Below, piece after piece: positions 11,769-22,402 of a DNA stretch of 64,000 nucleotides. The stretch comes from an uncultured Bacilli bacterium (GTDB taxonomy: Bacteria; Bacillota_I; Bacilli_A; RF39; UBA660). Within the stretch, counting starts at the first letter, position 1, and each line of letters starts with the position of its first letter. The position numbers were made by a program, and so were the translations under genes. Location: the NCBI GenBank assembly GCA_944358325.1, contig CALVQV010000001.1, forward strand, positions 472-64,471. The letters are read 5' to 3'. A model generated the notes under the pieces. It was not told where the DNA came from. It worked only from the letters and a program-made list of their open reading frames with translations, and ran no database searches.

Positions 11769-13877
11769 TTATTCTTCTTCTTCAACATCGATTATAAAAT
11801 CAACAGTTTTAGCTTCTTTATTTGCATCTTTAACAATAACGTTTACAGTATCTCCTAAGCGATAACCACGTTTATCTTTATTACTTCTAATAGTAAATGT
11901 TGTTTCATCATAATAGTATTTACTATCTCCTGGTAAATCATCTATACGAACAAGTCCTTCAACTAAGTTTGGTAGTTCTACAAAGAAACCAAAAGTTAAA
12001 ACACTACTAATAATACCAGTATATTTTTCACCAATATGATCCATCATATACTCAGCTTTTTTCATATCATCAACTTCACGTTCGCATTCAATAGAATCTC
12101 TTTCCTTATTTGAAGCATGTTCAGTTAAGAAAGGTAGTTTTTGTTCCCAATATCTGATTGTATCCATATCCATTTTATTTTCAAAAAGATATGTTCTAAG
12201 TAGACGATGCACTGTTGTATCAGGATATCTTCTGATTGGTGAAGTAAAATGTGTATAACATTTACTAGCAATACCAAAGTGTCCTATATTAGTAGGATCA
12301 TATACTGCTTTTTGCATACTTCTTAAAAGTAGTTTTGATAATAAATGAAATTCTTTTTTATCATTTAATTCTTCTAGTATTTTTTGCATTGATTTTGGTG
12401 TTATATCATTAATTCTTGTACTTATATGATATCCTAACATATTAACAAATTTAAGAAAATTAGTTATTTTTTCTTCATCTGGTTTACCATGAATACGATA
12501 AACAAAAGGTAAATCCATCATGTATATATATGTTGCGACAGCTTCATTAGCGGCAATCATAAAATCTTCAATTAATTTTTCACCTTCGCCTCGATTACGA
12601 AGTACCACATCAATAGCTTTACCATCTTCATTAACAATTATTTTAGATTCATCAATATCAAAATCGATATATCCTCTTCTTGTTTTATTTTCTCTTAGTA
12701 TGTGTGCTAATTCAAGCATTTCTTTTAATTTATCAGCATATTCTTCATAGCCTTCAGGAATAATATTTTTCTCTAAAATACTATTAACATTTTTATATGT
12801 CATTTGTTTTCTTGATCTTATAACACTAGGAAAAATATCGGTTGTTAAAATATCTCCTTTATTGTTTATTTCCATAACGCAAGATACAGCTAAACGATCA
12901 ACATTTGGATTTAATGAACAAATACCATTAGATAGTTTATGTGGTAACATCGGTATAACACGATCAGCTAAATAAACACTTGTTCCTCTATCATATGCTT
13001 CTTTATCTATTTCCGTATTTTCACGTACGTAATAACTTACATCTGCTATATGAACTCCTAATTCATAATTACCATTTTCTAATTTATTAATTTCAATCGC
13101 ATCATCGATATCTTTTGTATCATCACCATCAATAGTGAAAATAATATGATCACGTAAATCTCTACGATCTTTCATTTCTTCTATACTAACTTCATTTGGT
13201 AATGCTTCAACTTCTTCCATTACTTCTTCACTGAAAGTATCATTAATGCCATACTTAGCTACTATACTTAAAATATCAACACCAGGATCATTTTTATGTC
13301 CTAAAATACGCACTACTTTTCCTTTATAATTATTATCCTTTAATTTAGCACCAACTTTAACTAAAACTTTATGACCATCCATTGCTCCCATTGCATCTTC
13401 TGGGCTAATAGAAATAGTTATTTTTACTTTTTCATCGTCTAGAGTTATATATCCCATACCATCATGAGTATGATATTCACCAACCATTTGTTTTAGTTCA
13501 CGACTAACAATTTTAACGATACGTCCTTCTAGTTCTACACCTTTTTTAGAAGTTATTTCAACAATAACTTGATCTCCATGAATAGCATTATTCATATTTG
13601 TTGGTGGGATAAAAACATCTTCATCACCATCAATATCGACAAAACCAAAACCTTTTTTATGGGCAATCATTTTACCTATTTTTAAATGACTGTTTGTGAA
13701 TAACATATAATTATCTTTTTTAGTACGATATACTTTTAATGTATCTTCTAATTCATTTAAAACTTTCATTAAATTTTTTAAATCATCAACACTAGTTAAG
13801 CCAAGCATGTCATATATTTCTTGAACAGAAAAGGCCTTATCTTCTTTTTTTAATATTTCTAGAATTTTATCTTGCAT
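11769..13877 (-). CDS. ribonuclease R paralog (second tandem copy)
   Basis: 702 aa. Same domain order with near-identical core motifs ([33 protein letters not shown]); acidic C-terminus. Confidence 0.9.
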   Translation of the reverse strand: MQDKILEILKKEDKAFSVQEIYDMLGLTSVDDLKNLMKVLNELEDTLKVYRTKKDNYMLFTNSHLKIGKMIAHKKGFGFVDIDGDEDVFIPPTNMNNAIHGDQVIVEITSKKGVELEGRIVKIVSRELKQMVGEYHTHDGMGYITLDDEKVKITISISPEDAMGAMDGHKVLVKVGAKLKDNNYKGKVVRILGHKNDPGVDILSIVAKYGINDTFSEEVMEEVEALPNEVSIEEMKDRRDLRDHIIFTIDGDDTKDIDDAIEINKLENGNYELGVHIADVSYYVRENTEIDKEAYDRGTSVYLADRVIPMLPHKLSNGICSLNPNVDRLAVSCVMEINNKGDILTTDIFPSVIRSRKQMTYKNVNSILEKNIIPEGYEEYADKLKEMLELAHILRENKTRRGYIDFDIDESKIIVNEDGKAIDVVLRNRGEGEKLIEDFMIAANEAVATYIYMMDLPFVYRIHGKPDEEKITNFLKFVNMLGYHISTRINDITPKSMQKILEELNDKKEFHLLSKLLLRSMQKAVYDPTNIGHFGIASKCYTHFTSPIRRYPDTTVHRLLRTYLFENKMDMDTIRYWEQKLPFLTEHASNKERDSIECEREVDDMKKAEYMMDHIGEKYTGIISSVLTFGFFVELPNLVEGLVRIDDLPGDSKYYYDETTFTIRSNKDKRGYRLGDTVNVIVKDANKEAKTVDFIIDVEEEE

Positions 13878-13966
13878 CTTACTACACCTCTATCTTAATT
13901 ATAAAGCAAATTATAATAAAAAGATATAATTTTTACATATTTTTACAACAAAAAAAGTAGGTTTTC

Positions 13967-14293
13967 CTACTTTATAAATAAATATACTAAGAAAATCATT
14001 AATGGTTCTAATAATAAAGTTAAAAGTCCTAAGAACCACATGTCTGTGAAAGCGCTATTGCTACGACGATGATTTGGTTGTTGCAATGTTTTCTTTTTTT
14101 GTTTTGCTATTTCCAAATTTTCTGATTTTACTTGATCTTCAAATAGACTTTGAACGTACGGATCACTAGATTCCCTTAATAATTCAGCTTGAGGATTAGG
14201 CATATCAGGATCATTGGCAAATTTCATTGGATCATCAATTCCTCTAAGTGCATCCCTTTGTTCTTGTAATTTTCTTAATTCTTCTTCAGTCAT
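13967..14293 (-). CDS. hypothetical tail-anchored membrane protein
   Basis: 108 aa, hydrophilic N-terminus and a single C-terminal TM helix. Start overlaps the rmuC stop by 8 nt. Confidence 0.4.
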   Translation of the reverse strand: MTEEELRKLQEQRDALRGIDDPMKFANDPDMPNPQAELLRESSDPYVQSLFEDQVKSENLEIAKQKKKTLQQPNHRRSNSAFTDMWFLGLLTLLLEPLMIFLVYLFIK

Positions 14294-15362
14294 TATTATC
14301 TCCTCCTTCTAATTTTTTAACTTCAACTTGATTAATAGAATTAAATCTTTTAGTAATTTTTTCACCAGTTGTGTGTAATTCTTTAACATCTCTACTTACA
14401 GTATCAATACTTCTTGATAACTTGTCCCATCTTTCTTTATATCTTCTAAATTCTTCATCAAGTAATTTTAATTGTTGATGAATGATGGTTGCATATTTAT
14501 CTCTTTCTAAATTTTTAATAATTACTTCAATTGTTGTTAAAGTACTTATTAAAGTAGTTGGACTAGTAATCCAGACTCTTTTTTTGTAAGCATATTCAAT
14601 AATATCTGTATGATAAGCATTTAATTCAGCAAATATAGCTTCAGCAGGCAAAAATAATATTGCTTGATCGGTTGTAACACCAGGAATAATATATTTACTA
14701 CTTATCGCATCAATGTGTTTTTTCATATCAGCTTTAAATCCTTTTAGAGCTAAATTTCTAGTAGTTTCATCTTTTGTCTTATCAACCATATTTTGATAAT
14801 TTTCTAAAGGAAACTTAGAATCAATAGCAATTGTTCCTAAAGGCTCTGGTGTAAATAAAACACAGTCAGCTATAGTACCGTTAGGAAAAGTATATTGTAA
14901 ACGATAAATATCATCATTTTTTTCACCAAAGACACTACTCATAATATGTCTTAAATTAACTTCTCCAAAAATACCTCGACTTTTTTTATCTGTTAAAACA
15001 TTTTGTAAACTAATAATTTCTGTTGATAAACCATCAATTTTCTTTTGAGCTTCATCAATTTTACTTAAACGTTCTAAAACATTAGTAAATGTTTTATTTG
15101 TTTTTTCAAAATTTTCATCTAAACGTTCATTAACACGATCATTAATTAAACGTAAACGTTGTTCTATCTTTTCATTTAAATTATTAAAGTCACCATTCAA
15201 ATCTTTCGCAAATTCACTTTTAAAGTTTCCTATTTCTTTAACTACTGTTGTTTCTAGTTTACCTAAACGTTCAGTAATATTTGATTCATTAATGTTTTTA
15301 TATAATGAAATAACAACTAGTATTAGTATTAACACTAAAAGTCCAATTATAATGTAATCCAT
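14286..15362 (-). CDS. rmuC: DNA recombination protein RmuC homolog
   Basis: N-terminal TM helix, long coiled-coil, C-terminal RmuC-like domain. Family assignment from architecture, not verified. Confidence 0.6.
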   Translation of the reverse strand: MDYIIIGLLVLILILVVISLYKNINESNITERLGKLETTVVKEIGNFKSEFAKDLNGDFNNLNEKIEQRLRLINDRVNERLDENFEKTNKTFTNVLERLSKIDEAQKKIDGLSTEIISLQNVLTDKKSRGIFGEVNLRHIMSSVFGEKNDDIYRLQYTFPNGTIADCVLFTPEPLGTIAIDSKFPLENYQNMVDKTKDETTRNLALKGFKADMKKHIDAISSKYIIPGVTTDQAILFLPAEAIFAELNAYHTDIIEYAYKKRVWITSPTTLISTLTTIEVIIKNLERDKYATIIHQQLKLLDEEFRRYKERWDKLSRSIDTVSRDVKELHTTGEKITKRFNSINQVEVKKLEGGDNND

Positions 15363-15371
15363 AAATACCTC

Positions 15372-15965
15372 CTAGTTTATATTGAATTTTTTGCAAACAA
15401 TATGCGATATAATATAAGTAATTATTAAAATAATTCCTAATTTAAATAAAGCAATAGGATTTTCAAGACTCTCTACAAATGTTGTGCCAACATAGCCCCA
15501 AAAATAAACTATGGAAATTTTTGCTAATAACATAGCAAATAAATATTTTTTAAAAGACATCTTAGATAATCCACAAACAATATTAACTAAGAATGCGGGT
15601 GTAAAAGGCATAGCTGTTACCAACACTAATCCAGAAAAATTAATATTGCTTATACTATTCATAACTTCTTTTCCTATTTCTTTAGTATCTATGTAACGAT
15701 ATAAATATTTACTAAATCCTTTTCGAAAAGCCATAAATGATAAAATACAGCCCATTATTGTTCCTACCCAAGAGAGAATAAAACCAAATATATTGCCAAA
15801 CACTAATACGTTAGTAGCAATAAAAAGGGCTAAAGGTAAAATAGGAAAAATTGATTCTAAAATAATAATACCTAAACCTAAAAAAATAGAAATAAAGATA
15901 TTGCTTGTTCGAATGGTTTCAACTAAAGTGTTTACAACATCTAAGATTATTTGCATTAGCCTCAC
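15372..15965 (-). CDS. TVP38/TMEM64 (DedA/SNARE-associated) family membrane protein
   Basis: 197 aa polytopic protein with a 'GxxxGF...F.RG...Y..R' type core. Confidence 0.55.
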   Translation of the reverse strand: MRLMQIILDVVNTLVETIRTSNIFISIFLGLGIIILESIFPILPLALFIATNVLVFGNIFGFILSWVGTIMGCILSFMAFRKGFSKYLYRYIDTKEIGKEVMNSISNINFSGLVLVTAMPFTPAFLVNIVCGLSKMSFKKYLFAMLLAKISIVYFWGYVGTTFVESLENPIALFKLGIILIITYIISHIVCKKFNIN

Positions 15966-16018
15966 CTATTCTATATATAATTATAAAGCTTTACATAAAA
16001 AAAGTAAAGTATTGAACT

Positions 16019-17320
16019 TTACTTTTTGTAACGATAACGATATACAGGTACTAATGCATATGAAGCATCATTATTAATTTGTTCTAAAGTCATACCTACA
16101 GTACTTTCAAATTTATCTTTAGATACTGCTTCACTTAATAAATTATAAGAATACAAATCGTATTTTAATCGATATCTTGTTCTAACTTCTGTTTCTTCTT
16201 CACGATATGCTTGATTTGAACTATCAATTTTAGAAGATGTTGACCAGCTCGAATAATTTCCATAACTTGTTAGACCTTCATCTTTATATTTGTATGTTGA
16301 TGTTGCATTAGACATAAAAGAACTATATCCTCTTTTTTCACCATTATACCAACGCCATTCTGTATCTTGATATCTATAAATTGTTGCTTTATCATCTTTA
16401 TCTTTTTCAACATATTTATCATCTGGTGCTTCTGGTAAATATTGTCCACCATTATAATATATTTTTTCTTTTCCATCTTTATAGTACCAACGATATCCTG
16501 TTTTTGTTTCTATTTTACGATAATCTGCTTCTTCAGGTGCATTTACACTCCAATCACTCCACTCTGTTGTTCTAGCAGTAGCAGTATCTTTATTAGCATA
16601 TCCATTAGGTTGAGTTGATGAAAAATCAGAATAATCAGCATTATTATTACGATAGAATTTCCACTTTTTATCATGATAACGATAATAAGTTAAATCTTCT
16701 GAAACTATTTCAATATTTTTAGCATCTTTACTAATAGTTGCAAAACGTTTATCAGTATATTCTGTTATTGGATTTTTTTCTAACTCAGCTGGAGTATAAT
16801 ATTCTGTCCACTCTGTATAATTTATTGTCTTTTTAACATAATTATAAGTAACTTCTACATCTACTATTTGTTTCTTTGGTAACTTATTGGTCCATTCTGA
16901 CCATTTACTATATCTTTCAGAAGTACTGCAACTACCACAATTAGTAACATCAACTGTTACTACATAGTCATCATCTACTCTAGTTATTTTAGCAATACCA
17001 CCACATGAACTATCTTCAAATGAAAATTTATCATCTAAATAGCCAGCGGCAATTAAATCACTTGCTTTAACTTCTACACTTTCATCTACGATGGTAGGTA
17101 AAGTCTTATTATCAGTAGCATATTTTAAAGATGCTTCTTTAAATATATTCTCTACATTATTACATTTCTTATTTTTAGATATATTAATTGCAATCATTAT
17201 TATAATAATAAACAATATTATAATACCTAAAGCAATACCAATAAAAATTAGTTTTTTGCGATTATCTCTTGGCTTTATTACTTCTCCATGTTCATCAACA
17301 TAAGCTTGTTGTTCCATCAT
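16019..17320 (-). CDS. type II membrane-anchored surface protein, Trp/Tyr-rich repeats
   Basis: Single N-terminal TM helix, then an extracellular region with repeated YRY/WxW-type aromatic motifs (YRYHDKKWKFY, YRWYYKDGKEKIYY, YRYQDTEWRWYNGEKRGY). Confidence 0.5.
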   Translation of the reverse strand: MMEQQAYVDEHGEVIKPRDNRKKLIFIGIALGIIILFIIIIMIAINISKNKKCNNVENIFKEASLKYATDNKTLPTIVDESVEVKASDLIAAGYLDDKFSFEDSSCGGIAKITRVDDDYVVTVDVTNCGSCSTSERYSKWSEWTNKLPKKQIVDVEVTYNYVKKTINYTEWTEYYTPAELEKNPITEYTDKRFATISKDAKNIEIVSEDLTYYRYHDKKWKFYRNNNADYSDFSSTQPNGYANKDTATARTTEWSDWSVNAPEEADYRKIETKTGYRWYYKDGKEKIYYNGGQYLPEAPDDKYVEKDKDDKATIYRYQDTEWRWYNGEKRGYSSFMSNATSTYKYKDEGLTSYGNYSSWSTSSKIDSSNQAYREEETEVRTRYRLKYDLYSYNLLSEAVSKDKFESTVGMTLEQINNDASYALVPVYRYRYKK

Positions 17321-17385
17321 ATCACTTCCTAGTATTATTTTACCATTTATAAAAGAATATATAAAGTATTTTTATATAAAAACTC

Positions 17386-17676
17386 TTATTTATTTAGAAT
17401 ATATTCTTCATAACCTCCTAATATATTTACAACATTAAATCCTTTATTTCTTAAGGTATTACAAACTCTTGGACTAACTAATCCTCTTTGACAATATATA
17501 TAATATGTCTTATGAAAATCTAAATATTTGTGAGGATTAGCAAGTAAATTATCCATAGGAATATTTTTAGCATTAGGTATATGACTTCTATTAAAATTTT
17601 CTATTATTCTAATGTCTATTATATTTACGTCATTCTGTATTTTTAAAAAATCAGCAATTTTAATATTAAATAACAT
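17386..17676 (-). CDS. rhodanese-like single-domain sulfurtransferase
   Basis: 96 aa. Active-site Cys loop 'YCQRGLVSPRV'. Confidence 0.75.
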   Translation of the reverse strand: MLFNIKIADFLKIQNDVNIIDIRIIENFNRSHIPNAKNIPMDNLLANPHKYLDFHKTYYIYCQRGLVSPRVCNTLRNKGFNVVNILGGYEEYILNK

Positions 17677-17721
17677 ATAAAAACCACCTATTACATTGTA
17701 TGTAATAAAGTGGTTTTTGTT

Positions 17722-20055
17722 TTATTCATCTTCACTGAAGAAATCGTCAAAGAATTGATCATCAGTAACAAAATTTTCATCATATTGTTCTTCTGGATTG
17801 GAAGTAATTTCTTCTTCTTTAACAACTACTTTTCCAGTTTCTGTTGGTTCTGCTACCGCTACTTTTACTTCTTTTCTATCTACTTTCTTTTCTTCTATTT
17901 TTGGTTTTTCAACCTTATCTACATCATAAGTAAATTCGGGTTCATCATCAATAATTGATGTCTCTGGAATATTAACCTTTTTAGCTTCTTCTTTTGTATC
18001 TTTAGTAAGATTTTCAACAAGTTCATCAACTTTGATTTCTTCCTCTTTAATTTCAAGTGGTTTATCAATTTCTTGTTTTGTTTCTTTTGATTTAGCTTCT
18101 GCTGCTTCTTTTTCTTTTCTTTCTTCCTCTTCTAATTCAGCTAATTTAGCATCTATACGTTTAGTTAATTCATCAAGATCAAATGGTTTTCTTTGAATTG
18201 GTTCAGAATTAACTTGTTGCTTTGGAAATGGTTGAGTTTGTGCTGGTGATTGACCAAATAAATTAGTTCCCATTGGACTATCCATAAGTGGGTTTCCACT
18301 TCCACCGCTACCAAACATTTCTTCCATTTTAGCCTTATGTTTAGCTTCTGTAAATCCTTTAATATCAAATATTTGTAAAGTTTTCTTTTCTCTAAGTGGT
18401 AAAACACATTTTGGATAATGCTTACCCCATTTACCTTCTTTATCCATTTGGAAATAAGGAATAGCTTTAGTTTTAAATGGCATCATTCTTGAACGAATAA
18501 TGATTTGTGTCCATTTTGGCAAACGTTGTAAATCACTAACTGTAACAAGTGGTGTTGAAGCAGTCTTTTCATCTTTCTTAGATTCTTTTTCACCACATAA
18601 TTTGCTTATTTCTTCTAAGGCTGCTAATTCACTACTAATTAAGTAAATTATATTACCACAGTTACCTTTAATTGTTTCAGCAGTTTGTTTACCATATACA
18701 TCTTCTAATTGTGCAAAGTTTTGAATAATGAAGTTTAATCTTATTTGACGAGAACGAGCAGCTGTAATCATTGTACTGATATCTTTTAATGGTGGCATAT
18801 TGGCAAATTCGTCTAGGATAAAGTTAGTACGATATTTTAATTTACCACCATTTTCTTGAGCCACATCAATCAATGTTTCATAGCATTGTTTTAGAAAAAT
18901 AGTACCTAATGCATGATATGTTTTCTTTTCATCTTGTAAGATAATAAATACAGCTGTTTTCTTTTTACCAATATCACGCATATCAAAATCACTATAACTT
19001 AACATTTCACTTAAGTTATCACGTGATGCAAAAATTTTAATTTTTGTTCTAAATACTGATAAAATACTTCCTTTAGTTTCTGTAGGAGCATTAATAGTTG
19101 AGTTAACGTTAACATATGAACTACTAGCACGATCTTTGAAATTAAAGTAAGCATTTAATAATTTTGTTCCAGCAAATTTATCATCTGCTGCCATAGCCAT
19201 GACATTAATACTATTAATATTGATTTCTTCTTTTTTAGCATCTTCAAATAAAGCAAGAGCTAAACCAGTAAAGAAATCTCCACCTGTATTTTGCCAGAAT
19301 GGATCATCAGCATGTTCTTCATGAACGATATTTGTTCCTAAATCTTCTAATAATTCGATTGCTTTATCTTGATTGCCATTTTTATAATAATAATATGGCG
19401 CTTCTAACGGATTCCAAGCATTACCATTTTGTGGATTACGAAAGTTTAATACAACAATGTTATATCCTTTTTCTTTTAGCAATTCACCATTTCTTTCGTA
19501 AATTTCTCCTTTTGGATCGGTAATAATCATTGATTCGCCTTTACGAGCAAGAACACTAACTAAAGGTTGAACAACCATTTCTGTTTTACCAGAACCTGTA
19601 GCCCCAATAATTAAACTGTGATATTCGCCATCATCAACCCATACACCACTTTTATTATTGATTAGAGGCACTCCAGCTGCCTGTATATCCATAGAAGATG
19701 GATCAATTCTTTTTAATTCTTTTTGCATTTCTCTGTCTTTAGCCCATCTAGAATATCCACCTTTATCTTTTTTAGAAGTAGATAATCCAAATCCTTTTTC
19801 TCTTTCCCAAAAATAATTAGAAACACTAGCAATAATACCAATTAAAGCAGCTAGAAAAAAGACCATTGTAGGCGCAAACATTTCAGCACTAAATGCAGGT
19901 AATGGATTTAAACCATGAAAACTACTAGTTCCAGCAAAAGTAATAATATTTAATTCAACAATTGCTACAACATACAATAATATTACACAAAAAATGATAA
20001 AAATAATTATATCTTTTGGCTCTGCTCTAAACTTCAATTTCATAGTACCCTCCAT
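17722..20055 (-). CDS. type IV secretion coupling protein (VirD4/TraG/TraD family) with long acidic C-terminal tail
   Basis: Two N-terminal TM helices, Walker A IIGATGSGKT, TraG/VirD4-like all-alpha and nucleotide-binding regions. C-terminal ~190 aa is E/K-rich low-complexity sequence. Confidence 0.85.
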   Translation of the reverse strand: MEGTMKLKFRAEPKDIIIFIIFCVILLYVVAIVELNIITFAGTSSFHGLNPLPAFSAEMFAPTMVFFLAALIGIIASVSNYFWEREKGFGLSTSKKDKGGYSRWAKDREMQKELKRIDPSSMDIQAAGVPLINNKSGVWVDDGEYHSLIIGATGSGKTEMVVQPLVSVLARKGESMIITDPKGEIYERNGELLKEKGYNIVVLNFRNPQNGNAWNPLEAPYYYYKNGNQDKAIELLEDLGTNIVHEEHADDPFWQNTGGDFFTGLALALFEDAKKEEININSINVMAMAADDKFAGTKLLNAYFNFKDRASSSYVNVNSTINAPTETKGSILSVFRTKIKIFASRDNLSEMLSYSDFDMRDIGKKKTAVFIILQDEKKTYHALGTIFLKQCYETLIDVAQENGGKLKYRTNFILDEFANMPPLKDISTMITAARSRQIRLNFIIQNFAQLEDVYGKQTAETIKGNCGNIIYLISSELAALEEISKLCGEKESKKDEKTASTPLVTVSDLQRLPKWTQIIIRSRMMPFKTKAIPYFQMDKEGKWGKHYPKCVLPLREKKTLQIFDIKGFTEAKHKAKMEEMFGSGGSGNPLMDSPMGTNLFGQSPAQTQPFPKQQVNSEPIQRKPFDLDELTKRIDAKLAELEEEERKEKEAAEAKSKETKQEIDKPLEIKEEEIKVDELVENLTKDTKEEAKKVNIPETSIIDDEPEFTYDVDKVEKPKIEEKKVDRKEVKVAVAEPTETGKVVVKEEEITSNPEEQYDENFVTDDQFFDDFFSEDE

Positions 20056-20118
20056 ATAGTAAATATTCTAGATATAATTATATAACAAAATTAAAAAAAC
20101 TACAATGATTTGTAGTTT

Positions 20119-20775
20119 TTAAATTTTATTTTTTATATTAGAAGAATTTTTAATTATAGATAAAATTAATGATACTATCCCAACAATAATCAAAGATATT
20201 AATACAAAAATTAGAATTTGATTATTATTACTTTTTTCTATATTATTTTCATCAATATCATTAATAATAACTAAATTAATATTACCTTTTTTTTCTGGAG
20301 TTAATTCCCATATATATTCTCCATTTTTTACTTCATCAGCATTGTGGTTAGTAACTTTGTATTTTGTTTTTATACTTATACTAATTTTTTCTAAATTATC
20401 ATATTTATCAAATATATTAATATTTTCAACAGAAAATAAAACATAATTGTTATCTAATCCTGTATATAAAACATCAGCATATTCTTCAGGAAAAAAATTA
20501 ATTTGCTTGTGATTTATATTCACGCGCCTTGTTAATGTAACTTTAGAAGTGAATAAAGTTGAAGAAAATTTATAACTATAACCATATGTCTCTAAAAATT
20601 TTTTATTATCTTCTATTTGTTCCTTAAAACTATTATCAAATATATTCGATTTAGAAACTTCTAATACAATTTTTTCCGTCATATAACTTGGTGAAATATC
20701 TAATGTTACATCAGCAGAACAACCAGTTAATAAACATATGAAAAATATACATATTAATATTTTTATCTTTTTCAT
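20119..20775 (-). CDS. lipoprotein with C-terminal TM anchor (T4SS-associated, function unknown)
   Basis: Signal peptide plus lipobox LLTGCS, C-terminal hydrophobic helix. Sits between the coupling-protein and CHAP-hydrolase genes. Confidence 0.55.
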   Translation of the reverse strand: MKKIKILICIFFICLLTGCSADVTLDISPSYMTEKIVLEVSKSNIFDNSFKEQIEDNKKFLETYGYSYKFSSTLFTSKVTLTRRVNINHKQINFFPEEYADVLYTGLDNNYVLFSVENINIFDKYDNLEKISISIKTKYKVTNHNADEVKNGEYIWELTPEKKGNINLVIINDIDENNIEKSNNNQILIFVLISLIIVGIVSLILSIIKNSSNIKNKI

Positions 20776-20787
20776 ATAATCAATCCT

Positions 20788-22383
20788 TTAATAATCAATT
20801 GTATAAATATATCCTAAAAAATTCATGCCATTTCTATTTTGAATCGAAGAAAGCGTTGCGTCTTCTAAAGCCCATGTCCCCTTTGCAGGAGGACTTGTAG
20901 CTCCAGGAATACTAACTGCTCCAGACATACTGGTATTAGCGTGAGAAAAAACAACATGTGTTACACCATTTTCTTCATATATATTTTCTATAACAGCTAC
21001 GTGTCCAAAAGAATTACTACCACTTCCACCCCAAACGATAACTGCACCTATCTTAGGTGAATTAATGTCTGTAGAAGTAGAAAACATCATACCACCTACA
21101 ATACGTGGATCAGTAATCCAATTTTTAGCATCAGGAAACCCATCAATTCTAATGCCACTTCCCATAGATGCCATTATTTCATTTACACGGCCTTTAACAT
21201 ACCAAGTACATTGTCCCCATAAACTTGATGCAGTTCCAGAGCCACTCCACCAAAAACTATCATCAGATGGATTTGCTTGTTCCGGCGGTCTATCTCGTGG
21301 CGTAAATCCATCAATATTAACTGTAATCGTTCCTAATCCAGCAACACTTTCAATAGTTTGATCAGTATAAAATTCACGTAATAAATATATTTCATCAATT
21401 ATATCTTGTACTTTTTTATTATATTCTTCACTTCCACGTGTCATATATTGCCACTTGCAATCTCTACATTCCATATAATAAGTTGGTACAAAATATTCAG
21501 TTAAATATGTATTATATTTTTTATAATCGATAACATATCTAAGTTTTGTGGAATTATAATATCCTTCACCACATTCAAGATCTAAATTTGCATATGAAAA
21601 ATCAAATAATTTTTCGAAAGATTCAATTGTAGTATATGTACTAGCAATTGTTTTATTGTACCATACATCAAAAGAATCATATCCTAAATTATCATATACA
21701 TACATATTATAAAGCCCGTTAGCTATATTTAAACTAACTACACTATCACCAATATTTTGATCTAAGCTATAACCAACACTTTTTATTGAATTAACAATTG
21801 CTTCTCCTAATGCATCAAGCCAACTTCCTTCTTTGCATTCTGTAACCAATTGCCTATTAACCATATTTCCTAATAAACCAGGTCTAACATAACTATTGAA
21901 ACTCCCAAGCTCATTATTAGCCCATCTATAAAAATATCTTGTATCATTTGTTTCAACTATAGGTTCGGGTTGATAATCATCTTTAGTCTCTGTTTCTTCT
22001 TCAATTTCAGTAAATGCATTAGAATCTAATAAACTTCCATAATGTATTGTTGCGTTTGCTAGAGGAATATCTAAAGAACCAACGCCATCTACATCAGCAT
22101 ATCTATCAGCTTGTTCTTGTAAATGTGTGTAGTATCCTTTATCATCATCTGACCACCCATTAAAAGTAATAAACTCTCCTAATTCTTTTGTAAATTCTTT
22201 AGTTGCTTGTCCTATGTCATCAAAAAATTCTCCAACAGCTGCAAAAGGGGAATAGACAAAAATGCATAACATAATCAGCATAATTATGAGACCAAATATT
22301 GGTAGAACTGAAATTATAATAGGGATAATCATTTTTTTCATCTTTGATTTTATCATATTACTTATAAAATTATCATCTTTCAA
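20788..22383 (-). CDS. CHAP-domain peptidoglycan hydrolase (VirB1-equivalent of Gram-positive T4SS, CwlT/TcpG-like role)
   Basis: N-terminal TM helix and a large central domain. C-terminal CHAP signature with Cys (GQCTWYVKGR) and His (FGHVAVIE). Confidence 0.7.
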   Translation of the reverse strand: MKDDNFISNMIKSKMKKMIIPIIISVLPIFGLIIMLIMLCIFVYSPFAAVGEFFDDIGQATKEFTKELGEFITFNGWSDDDKGYYTHLQEQADRYADVDGVGSLDIPLANATIHYGSLLDSNAFTEIEEETETKDDYQPEPIVETNDTRYFYRWANNELGSFNSYVRPGLLGNMVNRQLVTECKEGSWLDALGEAIVNSIKSVGYSLDQNIGDSVVSLNIANGLYNMYVYDNLGYDSFDVWYNKTIASTYTTIESFEKLFDFSYANLDLECGEGYYNSTKLRYVIDYKKYNTYLTEYFVPTYYMECRDCKWQYMTRGSEEYNKKVQDIIDEIYLLREFYTDQTIESVAGLGTITVNIDGFTPRDRPPEQANPSDDSFWWSGSGTASSLWGQCTWYVKGRVNEIMASMGSGIRIDGFPDAKNWITDPRIVGGMMFSTSTDINSPKIGAVIVWGGSGSNSFGHVAVIENIYEENGVTHVVFSHANTSMSGAVSIPGATSPPAKGTWALEDATLSSIQNRNGMNFLGYIYTIDY

Positions 22384-22402
22384 AAATGATCACCACCTTA
22401 TT

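Noticed and set aside
13967-14293. Calling the 108-aa protein SecG (expected upstream of rnr in many Firmicutes).
   Set aside because: SecG has two N-terminal and central TM helices and ~75 aa. This protein has a long hydrophilic N-terminus and a single C-terminal TM helix.
20119-20775. Assigning the lipoprotein as the VirB8/TcpC-like component.
   Set aside because: The VirB8/TcpC family has an N-terminal TM anchor and NTF2-like domains. Here there is a lipobox signal peptide and a C-terminal anchor. No supporting motif.
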